This document shows, piece by piece, positions 23,445 to 34,703 of a DNA stretch of 45,283 nt (position 1 is the stretch's first letter; each line of letters opens with the position of its first letter). This stretch comes from Catajapyx aquilonaris (taxonomy: Eukaryota). Where the stretch lies: the NCBI GenBank assembly GCA_000934665.2, contig JYFJ02003215.1, positions 1-45,283 of the forward strand, written 5' to 3'. Below the pieces are notes generated by a model that did no database searches, was not told the origin of the DNA, and saw nothing but the letters and a program-made list of their open reading frames with translations. The position numbers and the translations under genes are program-made.

Positions 23445-26400
23445 TACATACTGCAGGATATTTAATTTAGTCGACTTGTGGACGTGTTGAGAGCGATAAA
23501 AATTCCGGGGGCCAAAAAATCGCATTCTTTCCCCCCCAACCTTCTCCGGCGGAATCCCCTGCCTAAAAATCGATGAGGCAATCAAAGAGCATTGTGCACT
23601 GCCACATGATTTATGCTCCACGTCATTCAAAATTTTTGGGTGTCTGGGAGAGGAAAAGGTGGGGGAGGCGGCTGTATATAGGTCCGGTGGAAAAAACGCA
23701 ATTCCCGAGGGGGTAAGACGGAGGAAAAAATTTGGCAACAATCGCTATTACAACCAACAGGTGAGATTGTTACATGATGATTTTTCTAACCGCAAATAAA
23801 ACAAACTGTTGCCAACTGCTCAAATACATGCTTGAAAGAGTTGGCATCAGTCCGACTTATCAGCTTTTTTACCAAAAAAAAAAAAAGTCGAGCTACTTTT
23901 GAACCGCTCCCATTTGCTGTTTTCGCAACGAGTCAGGCTAATATTAATAATCTGGAAGTGATATCATCCTCTGGACATACCTGGACTCAATAGTAATTTT
24001 TGCAACCTTGACACTACCTGATCTGTCATACGATACTGTCCTATACACTTTGATATAAAAATAAGCAAAAACCTGAGCGACAAATAGGTTACAAATATCC
24101 ACAAAATGATCTTGAAATATTAACATCGTAATATGGGCCCGTATCTCTCCGAATAGAGCAGCGTACTAATACGTACCCTGTTGTAATCAGGTGTTCATAT
24201 CTTTCAAGACATGGGGTCTGGCGTGCTTAGCGAGGTAATGAAGCATAGGCGTACCTTCTGAAGGGAAACAAGTTGGAAAAATAGCCTTGAGATGGTTGTA
24301 TGTGCGTGTGTGTGTATTGTATGCCAAATATGTGCCGGGAGGTCGAACTTAAAGCGCCTTAATGAATCCCCCAAACTGTGCAACTGCTATTTTCATTTGA
24401 ATCATACATGTACGCCATGGAAAACACACTTGTCTATTTTTTTCCCCTTCAAAACCTTAGCGGCCACAAGTTGGGTCTCCCTATTGGCTTTGTCTGCCAC
24501 TCCGAACAAACTAGACAAGTAGGTTGAAATTTGAATACAATTGACGGGCCACCAGACTATTTATTTACTGAGACTTTGCCTTTGCATTCTCCGTCCGATT
24601 TTCATTTGCATTATTTAAAACATTTGCTTTGGGAACAGTAGTCCTCCGAATGGGCACACCTGATATGGGCATGACAAAAATCCACACACCACACATATGA
24701 ATTGAACCTCAACTGCTTCGAGCACACATTTCTGCAACAGGTTGCTTACTTTTGTTTCCACGACAGCCCTGCATCATTCAAGCTGTTTTCCTTCATAGGC
24801 TTACTATAGGCCTATAGAGAGGGCTGAGGTGCATGCTGGTCATTGCCCTGATACAAGTTTACAATCGTATTGCGCAGGAGTCTACTCCAACTGGAGTAGT
24901 GCTTACGTTAACTTCAATTTAACCTCGGAACATACGACTATATACACCGAATGTCTGCAAAGTGTAACGTCAGCATACAAATGGCGATCGTATCTCGTAT
25001 TATCAATTAAGAAAAACAGAAGTTTCATAGTGACATCAATATGTTCATATCCCAATAATCACAACGCTTCAGTTCAATATCGTATTGTTAAAAATTAGTC
25101 AATATTTTTGCAAGCAAAAATTCAATCGCCAAAGGCCAAGTTGCAGCAATCGAGACAACTATACTGACCTCGATTAATAACTTATGTGACATTTAACCCA
25201 TGGGCTCCATATAGTTGTACCGGCGACATTCTGGCGGGGTCTACACGGTGCAGGCCCATAAACGTCATATAAACACAGCCTCATCTACAAAATAACAGCA
25301 TTGTTCAAACACATCCCAGCATACATTAGCCCAGATTTGTGTAAACCAATGCCCTTCTACGAATCGGTCGATATGTGCTACCTGTGGTCAAACCTCAAGT
25401 TGTCACGAACCCCTTTATGCGTAATAAATCATCAATTAACCCACAATTTTATTACCCATACAGTAATATTATATTTTTAAACATTTTCACACATTCCAGC
25501 CGAAGTGTCGTCACTTGATAGCATCAAAAGTTCCGCAGTATACACCGAACCGGATCGCAGCTAAGGTAAGAAGAGAGTAGAAGCTCGCTATCATTACTTG
25601 GCACGTGGGCTGCAGGCACGGCGATTCTGATGGCGGCTGTTACTATGATTGGGAAGGCACGCAGGGGATGAGGATCCTGCTTCGACTGCCAGGTGCGGGC
25701 CGGTAGAAAAGACCTGGGATGTGAAGGAAGGACATAAAGACAGGAAAGGAATGAAGGGAACTCCAGAGGAAAATATGGTCCTTCTATGGGGTAGCATGAT
25801 GGAATTATTATTATTTTTTGACCGGATTTTGTGGCGTACCCTGTATATTAGGTGTATATGGCGCGAGGGGGAAAAAAAAGAGGACGGAAGGAAGGAAGCA
25901 GTGACAAACCAAACCTTGGCATGCTCCACTCCTATCAGCCAAGCCCACTTTTCGATTCTATAATTGCCATCCATGGCGGCACCGAATGGTACCCGTGCAA
26001 GCAAACCCTATACAAACCCCCAACCCACCCACCCCAAAACACCAAATCTCATTTTTCCCACTTCCATCATTCAACACCCAGGTGTTTCATTGCGTTCCTA
26101 CTTCCCCAGGTCCCCAACTGATGGCCTCCCCAAATTGCCTCCACTAATTGCTGCACCGCCATACACACACGTCCATAGAGAGAACATAACCCCTAAACAC
26201 GCGCCGCATTTTTTTTTCTCTCCAATAATTTTTTTTTAAGCAAAAATATTCTTATGCTGATTTTTTCTCGAGAGCTTCATGGGCTTGGTGCCCAACGGTC
26301 CGAGGCTAAGTGCAGATGAGACACTTTGTGTCGAAATTCATGGGAGCTCATAAGGTGGCGATATGATGCAAAGGCGAGCAGACAAACTGGGGCTGTTTGT

Positions 26401-28599
26401 CTAGCTGTCGTGTCGCCCGCTCTGGTACCATCTTTAGCTTAATTGGATTTATCACGCACAAGGTGCATTAGCTGGTGGGCGCAACAGTGACCTTTGACAA
26501 AAAAAAAAATGGGGAGAGAAAAGGAGTTTATGGCTACCCACAGAAGGACAAGACTTGGTTCTAAGAGCTTAAGAACGGTTTTTAGAACAGTGAAAATGGT
26601 GGTGTCTAGTCGTTATGGTTTTCCACTCTTTTTTCGGTTCTGCAAGATGAGTAATTTATGGTGCGATAGCGACTGAAGACTGAAGACACTATAATTAACG
26701 TTTTCTCATTATAGGATGCCAGGACGGTAATTTTTGCAACTTTTTCAGAGCTTAATGAGCCCAATTAACTTGTTATTGCCTTTTCGCATGGTAAGAGACA
26801 TCGTGCACTACACAGGAGGCTTATAAATTCTATCGCCAAACTTCTAGTCACCAGGGAATCATTCGGTTGGCCCAGCCGTTACTGAAATAATTAGACTATT
26901 TTAATCTAAAATAGCGAATAATCGTATCGTTTTGTGTATCTGGCCTGTGACACTATTTCCTCCAAAACATGGTCATTATGATAACATGTATTAAGTAGTT
27001 ACAAAAGAAGGCTCATGCAAAGTATACCCTCCAAGATATTCTATACCCTTTGTAGCCAATTATGCTCTAGTGACAAAACTGTCTCTGCAACGGAAAAGTA
27101 CTTCGAATAAATAAGAGACGACCTATATTATAAAGCCTACACAATTTTAGTCTAATACTCTAATTGCATAAATAGTGATGGCCTTCAATTTCTGGCCGTT
27201 TTATTTGCCACTAAACCGCGTAATGCCTACAAGTTCTTTCGTGCAGCTGTTCCCCGACTAAACAAATAATACAAATTTCCTTTGTTTCGCGTCTTGACAT
27301 ACTAAAAATTTTGATTGGCGGCAGGTCTTAGTTACATGCCGGATGCCGTGGCAATTAGAAAGCTCAAGCTGACTAAACACTCGTAATTATGCAAGTGTAG
27401 CGTATACAATTTACATGTTGTAAATCTAACTGGATGATAAAAGGGCCTTTTGTTTGGCTCCCAATTAAAAATCGGCTAAGTACTCGTTGATTATAGAGCA
27501 AATGGTAAATTACTGTATAACTAATGTGCCATGATGCAATTACAACTCGATAACTCAACTTGCAATCAGCTGGTGATACAAAATGAAGAAAGCCAACGCT
27601 AGATAAATTAAAATTTTCCTGTCAGTTCACTACTTTTCCAACATGTAATTATTTCAAATTATTTATGTCATATGATTCCCGACACAAGTGTTGAAGAAGT
27701 AAAAACATGATTTATCCTGGACAGATCGCTAACCTACAAGACGTACAGTGATATGCTAATGTGTAAAGAACTTCCTCGAGTAGTTAACGTGAAATGACAC
27801 AAAAAATAATAATCTCACTGCTATATCGGGTACAGTGTACAAAGAGACCCAAGACAGCTGACCTGTTACATAGTTACATGGACCATTTGAAGCGCTCGCA
27901 TGTTATGCCTGGAGATCTAAACACTAAAGATTATTCACATCGATACACGCATGTTCTCCGGAGGCATTTCTTACATATGATTCTAATTATTTTTCAGCAC
28001 GCAATCTTCCAAACGATTGCGGCCTACCATCCAGGTGAAAAATAATTCATGCATGCGAAGTACACGTAACAATATTCTAGACGTCTTGAAAACTAATACA
28101 TTGTATAAGGAGCAATCTTTAATAATTATAACTCAAATTTACATATTCTGCTTAAAACTGAGATATGCCATTATGTTGGTAGTCACACATTCTGCAATAT
28201 CCCCGGCTATTTGCATAAATTTTCGCAACTTATCGTTGACAGTTGCATCATAAAAATGTATATTTCTTGGTATTGCATGATAGTTGCTACTGTTATTGCG
28301 GTGCCAATGTGGGAAAAGCTTTAGTACGTTCTATACAAGAGCACAGTGAACACGTAATACACAGTGTCGCTTACATAATACATCACCTTCCAGAATCGCA
28401 CAATGAAGGCAAGGCCTTATTAGCTTCCCTATCGTACTTCTAAAGGAGAAAGAATAGTCGTGGCGCCAATACTCCTGATATCAGGCATGGCAGTCGTAAT
28501 AAGCAACCAGCCAAAAAGTGGGCGTAGTACGAGCATACATGTAATTTTACCATAATCTCCAGAAGACATAGCCTTATAATCTCCATTTCTAGTACCCCC

Positions 28600-30730
28600 A
28601 ACTTGCACCCTTGTCCTCTCACCTCAGGCCACAGGTGCCTGCAAGATCAACTCAATATATTGTGAACACGTGTAGGAGCCGGCCAATTTATTTGAATAAG
28701 TGCGCGTGCATTGTTGCGCCTACCTGGCGGCGGCCGCAGCGACACTGGCAGCCCATCCATGTCTTCGCCATGAAGTTCACTTTGCAGAAAAATCAGCCTT
28801 CCTAGGGTGGGGTTGGGGGGTTGTGTTTCTCTCTTTCCCCCTTGGGTTCCTGGGTGGGGTGGTAGGGAGTTAGAGAGACTGAAAGAGCGGGGGTGGTGGG
28901 TACAAAAAAAAAAAATCTTTGGCCGGGCAGTTGGCGAGGTCAGACAAGGCCCGTAGTAAAGGGCGAGTTCTCCCTGCCTCCCCCCACTTTTTTTTTCCTC
29001 TCTTTCCTCCAACCCCTCCCCCTACCCCGCAGTGTCTCCCTCCCCTCTCTCACTCCCTCAGTCTCTCAGTTGGTTCGGTCTGGTCGGGCAGCCTTTTCTT
29101 CCTTCCCCGGCAAGACTCTACCTGGCAAGCACTCTCTCACTCCTCTTCCCGAAGATTCGCACTTTGTACGTGTACAGGTTAGCTTAGTTTTTTGGTCAGA
29201 GGGTTTTGTGGTTTGTTTTTGTTTGGTGGGGGGGTTGTTGGGGATAGGGATGGGGGGGAAAGGGAGAGAGTGAGAGACGCGGGGGGGAAAAAGGGGGGGG
29301 GGAGTGTCCCTAACAAGCGCCGAGGCTCGACTGGATCCCCCAGCCCATTTGCATGCCAAGATCAAGGCGGCTAATTAATGCCAAGTCCGCGTAATGGCTG
29401 CGATTGCGTGGTGCTTGGTGTGGAAGGCAGCCAGCCCTAGCGCAGGCCCAGCAGCNAAAAAAAAAAAAAAAATTGGCCGAAAAAAAAAAGAAGTGGTTCC
29501 TCATTTGGTGCGGAGACTCTCCTGCAAAGTAAAACGGGGGCGAAACCACTCTACCCCCCCTCAACCAGCCAACCAGTGGATCGAAGAAACTTGGAGACTG
29601 AGCGCCAGCTCAGTTGTGCAGGAAAAACCGAGCCAAACACAGTGTCATCACAATATCCCCCCTACGCTTTAACCCCCCAAAAAATAATAATTACACTTCT
29701 TACCGGTGGTGAGTACAGCGCGCACTTTTTTCTGCACTAGTCCATAAGTTTAAAACCCGCACTACACTCCGGGCACTTTAAGCCCAAATCCATGTTCAAG
29801 CACCAGGTTTTTGTTCAGAAAGATGCGCTGGATTGGGGTGGTTGGGGTGGAATACATATATATAAAAAATGCGCGCGCTGCTTATGTATTATCAGGAGTG
29901 AGGATAAGAAGGACTGTAAGTAGTGTGGAGTGTGGGTTGTCTGCTGGGCACCGGCAACCGAGAGCCGGCTTGGGGGGAGAAAAGGGAACGCACGCATCTA
30001 CACTCTCCACCGCCCTTCTCCACACTAAATTACGGACGGGATATTAATTACGGCAAATACAGGCGTGTGTTCATTATCCGAGGCCGGTCCGGAGGCATGG
30101 CCAATCAGAATCCGAGGATCCCGAAAGAAGTTGATATCCCCCCCCCTTCCCCTCCTCCCTATTCCCCTTCCTACCCGCTCCTCCCTACCCCACCCTGCTG
30201 GAGCCTGCCACCCCCGCCACCCCACTGAACCTGGCGTCATCAAAGGATTTCTATTCGCTGTTTAATTATCTACCAACTGTGCATCATAATGTAAACTGGA
30301 GAGGGCCTTTAGGGCGGGGTCATGTTAAACCATTGGTTCTATTTGCATATCACTTTGATATAAAAGAGAGGAGGGGCCTGGCCCGGTCCTTTCTACCAAT
30401 AATCGCCAGGCTCCACCCCCTTCCCCCAGCCGTCATGACACTTCTCAACGAGGAATTTGCATATCAGCTTTCCCCCCCCTGGTTTCCAAGGCAGCATTAC
30501 TGCGCAAATGCAGCAAGGGGGAGTCCACCCCACCGGATTCCTCCCACTGCTCTAAGCCTCAGGCCCAGGCTTAACTCTGGACCAGAAACCAACAACCCGT
30601 CCGACACAGTTACGGCGATTACTACACAACTATTTCGCACAAGCCACGCACTTTTTGGCCAATGGCAGCTATTTTCCGGTCGGCTGCCAAAGCTTATTTT
30701 GCGAAAAGTGCCAAATGAGAGCCATTAGCC
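28600..30730. promoter_or_regulatory. Long GC/CpG-rich block; candidate promoter or strong enhancer region
   Basis: Contains GGCCAATCAG (NF-Y type, 30099-30108), GGGCGGGG (30312-30319), ATTGG (30332-30336), octamers at 29347, 30341 and 30455, TATAAAA at 29861 and 30359, and Inr-like TCAGTC/TCAGTT at 29058 and 29066. Boundaries are approximate. Confidence 0.4.
29060..29177 (+). other. Candidate non-coding first exon
   Basis: Starts at tandem Inr-like motifs, contains no ATG, ends at CAG|GTTAGC (donor at 29178), and is followed by GT-rich sequence. Confidence 0.25.
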
Positions 30731-30978
30731 TACTAAACTCGTGGGGGTTATTTTGGGATGTGCTGGACAGTACAATGTAATACATGTAATGTTCAAGTAA
30801 CTGCAAAAAAAAAGCTGCCACTTAATTCGTTCAGTAACCTAGTAACCTGTACACGTGGAGGCACAGTACAGTGAGGCTTACTGCAAATCCTTCAGAGGCC
30901 TGTAATTGTTAACAAATTTTTTTTCTAAAGAATCTGCCGGATATTACAGATCTGATCATCTTGTTATTGGATACGCCG

Positions 30979-31011
30979 CGGCTCTGCTGTACGGCGCGCC
31001 GTACAGAGCCG
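30979..31011. other. GC-rich palindrome/hairpin
   Basis: Perfect 20-bp palindrome CTGTACGGCGCGCCGTACAG (30987-31006), extended by CGGCT/AGCCG across a 3-nt bulge. Confidence 0.85.
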
Positions 31012-34000
31012 AAGATTGGACGCCCTTTCTATAAATCATAGACAGTAATAGAAAGCCCAGCGGTTTTTTTGTAGAAGCGCACTGATGCTAATAAATATTA
31101 ACAATAATAAGATCGCACTGCAGCCATTGACGTCACGGATCATAATAGTCTGGCAGTTTCGGAAGCGATAAAATCTCAGACTAAAAGACGGGACCAAATA
31201 CGTCATGTCCAGTCGTTCGATTCGAAATGGCTTGAAACGTCCCAGTAAATCCGGTCATATGGTGTGAGTCCGGAAAAGTAACCCGTTAGAAACTCGAAAT
31301 GTAAGACTGAGAAAACAGTCCGAGACTCGAACTCAAGTCCCAGTGGGGTGTCAGCCAAATTAATCAGTGTCACTCCTATCATATAACACTCTAGCTCCGG
31401 GAAAGAAAACACGGTCATCGCATTTCAACCCTGATAGTACTGAATGGGAAACAGGTGTATGTCGCACTATTGTCCTCTGAGTATAGGACAAGAACTACGG
31501 CAATGCTATATGCAGACCTCTGCAGTGTCGCTGCGGTTGTGAAGATTTAATTACTCACTCGGGCCAATGTCTGTGTAAGGAAACAAGTTTGTTGGTCTCT
31601 CTCTGTCTCTCTTAAAAAAAAAACCAAAAAAACCAAAAACAAAACAAAAAAAACGTTGGGGTTTTCTTAGGGACCGATAAGGGATGTATAAGCATCGGCG
31701 AGGCTCTGCTCTTGCCTGGTGGCTGTGCTTTGGTTGGTTGGCTGGATGGCCTTTGAGCATCGCCTCGGATCTGGATCGAAGGCGTTTCACGAGAGCGGGG
31801 AGGAAAAAGGGGGGAAGGAGGGGGAGTACAGAGGGAGTTAAGAAGAAGAAAAAAAGATAGGCCAGGCGAGAGAAAAAGAGAGATGTCTTGAGGGTTGTGG
31901 CGAGGGACTTGGGCAAAAACGGGGTTGACCTTTGCTGGCCTTGCCATTTCAACGGATTCAGGTAACACATTCAGGAGATATTGCCTGCATACTTTTTTTT
32001 TCTTCTAAGGGGACGTATGTTGGATGTCACGTAAGTTATAACGTTCTCGGCTTTCAAAAGATGTCGTGTTTCGTTCGATATTATTGAGTAATTTAATAGG
32101 TCTTATGGGGTATTATGTAACTGCAGTCGCATCCTGCGTTTCCTTGAAGGAAGCTCAATGGAAGTCACCGGTAATATACTGTACGATATAGATGAGAATC
32201 AGTGATAATAAGTTTATCGAGTATCACTTTTGGTAATGAAAAAAGCTTGAACCCAACATTCAGCATACTTGCACATTAGGCGATATTATAATATTTACTT
32301 TCCCATCATTAAACTAGTGTCCGCACTATTTCAATGTTGCAATAGCAATGAAATCACACTCGTTGCAATCGCGCAATAAATATCGCATAGTTCTTGTCGC
32401 ACTCGATAACAATCAGCATCCTTAACTTGTCGCCCTTCATTTAGTCTACGACTCAAGCAGTCTGTGGCACTGTGACAGCTCCGAATACAAATGTGAGAGG
32501 TCTTTCCCCTGGTTTTTCCACACACTACATCTCTTCCCACCTGTAAAGGTAAAATTTTTTGCCCCCTCTTTTACCTATTGGTTGCCCGTAACTCCCGTGA
32601 ATATTGGGGATGAGACTCCAGGAGATCGCGATATATCCTCCCAATTAACCCATCTTGTCAAGTCCAGCATGGCAACCACACCTTCCCCCGCCCTTTATAA
32701 AAACACCTTTAAAAAATGTATTGGACAGACCATCCCAGAATCGTCTACCTTTTGTTATTTTTGGAGCATAACTAACCCCTGGTTATTTACAGGCATTATT
32801 AAGGAGCGACCGAGAGCCAGGTGATCAATTGATGCAGCTGGATGACCCATCACATGATTATCCAATGGCCCTTTAGCATTTTGTGTTATGTTTTTTTTTC
32901 GGGGTCTTATCCCACGCCCCCTCAGGGTATCATTACCGTCTTCACGAATAAATTTGGTGTCACGCCTTCACGCCCTTATCTCCGCGATTTTCTTTTTTTT
33001 ACGCCTTCTTTATTCATTTGCGCCATCTGTCATTCGCAACGGTTTTTTTTTAGCTGACCGAAACTGCTGGCATTATTTTTTCGACTCTCGTTATTTCCTT
33101 CATCATTCCATCAAGTTGGAACTTTTTTGCAACATTTTCCATAGTAAACGGGGGGATCCGCGAAAAATGTGCGGAAATTGCTGACTTCCCTTGTTAAGGT
33201 TCATTCAGTCTTTGTTGCTCTCACTTGAGCAAAAATAGCTGTTAGAGCGAAGCTTTACGTCATTAACCGGTAACTAGAGACGCTCAACGTATTACGCAGC
33301 ACTTCAAAAGAACCTTTCAACACTAGAAGACAGGTATTAAGTCAAGCACCGATTTCACCCAATACGCCCACACTTGTAACAATATACACAGTAGAGTCAA
33401 CTGTGACGTTATTCCGCAAACACACGCTTAAGTTAATGAAAATGTGTCCCTGGTTCCAGGTGGGCATGGGCATCATTGGAGACTCAAAACCAGCATTTAA
33501 TTGGCATAATGACCCAAGTTTTTTGAATGGTGGTTGGTCTAATGTATTGAAAAGCCAATACAATACACACTCTTTTTTATTCTTATTTTTCTATTCCTGG
33601 ACAGCCTGTTAGGGTGCAATAAACGACCAGGCATTTTCCTTAATTAGTCCTTCCCTCTGGCCCCCTCACCACCAACCTCATTTAAATACGAGTAGTATGA
33701 GGGGGATTCGGATTTCTCATCGTGACAAAAGCGCCTTCTGGTCCGGCCAACTTACCCGCTTTTCATAGTGTCCCCTTTCACCCTGGCTGACCAGTCCGTT
33801 AAGCCTCATTTGCATCCTAAAGGAGCCATCCAAGCTTCGCACACATACTGCACATACACTTACTAACTCACTCACACGCATGTCAGTCCAGGACTGGACT
33901 TGGCCAAAGAAACTTGATTATATTGGGAGGGGACCGGGCGCTGACCAGACTCGAGATCCAGGGATTGCTCCCAGGCTTACAAATGTCAGCAAAAATCTTA

Positions 34001-34413
34001 TGAAAGGATTTATGAGCGACGAGCGTCAAGAACCGGAGAGAAGAAATGAAGGAAGGCAAAGGCGGACTCGAACTTGGCTTTTACACGCAGGCATACATTA
34101 TGTAATAGGATTGTATATTATTGGTATTGTTGGGAGTCATGTTTCCGGCAGGTAATGCAGTACCAGGTGACATGCATTGAACTTCTCAACTGTATAATAA
34201 AGTCACATATTTTTGGGGGGAAATTTTGAAGTTAAGCGTGAATTCATGTCAGCCTGTCAGTTTTGAGAAGAGGTGAACGCTCTGAAAAGATTACAGTTTT
34301 ATAATTGCGGATTACCTGGACAATTACATTCAACAATGTGGACAGTGGATGTTCAGTTAAGTTCACATATTGTACCTGATCTTAAAAATTTCTCAAATGA
34401 CATGTCGTTGCTT

Positions 34414-34703
34414 TGAACAGTGCTGGATATTAATTCCGTCATACTTCTAGCGACATTTTCTGATGCGGCAGACGTGCAAATCGCAGTGAGCGAGTGCGAG
34501 CCGTGGGAGTAAGAAATGGTAGCCCTTGGGTGACGTCAGTGGCTGGGGACAAGCCTTTTCTCCATTGCCTCCCAGCCAGTGACGTCACTCATGGCCTACC
34601 TTTTCATACTCGCACGGCTCACACTCTATCACTTCGATTTGCACTTCTGCCGCAACAGAAATGTCGCAAGCAGTATGACGTGATTAATGTCCAACACTGA
34701 ACA
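34414..34703. mobile_element. Fold-back (palindromic) non-autonomous element, ~280 bp
   Basis: Arms ~34420-34548 and ~34570-34697 are reverse complements at roughly 85% identity (aligned by eye) around a ~20-nt loop. TGAACA is directly repeated at 34414-34419 and 34698-34703. Each arm holds a TGACGTCA (34531, 34580). The palindrome is certain; transposon origin is inferred. Confidence 0.75.

Noticed and set aside
25837..25866. TACCCTGTA, the 5' end of miR-10 family members
   Set aside because: The match stops after 9 nt (continues TATTAGG, not GATCCG) and there is no pre-miRNA-length hairpin.
32328..32354. Weak hairpin ATTTCAATGTTG-caa-TAGCAATGAAAT
   Set aside because: Short, AT-rich and mismatched; expected by chance.
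31320..34075. B-box-like GTTCGAGTC on the minus strand at ~31324-31332 and ~34065-34073 (tRNA/SINE candidates)
   Set aside because: No A box at suitable spacing and no cloverleaf structure.
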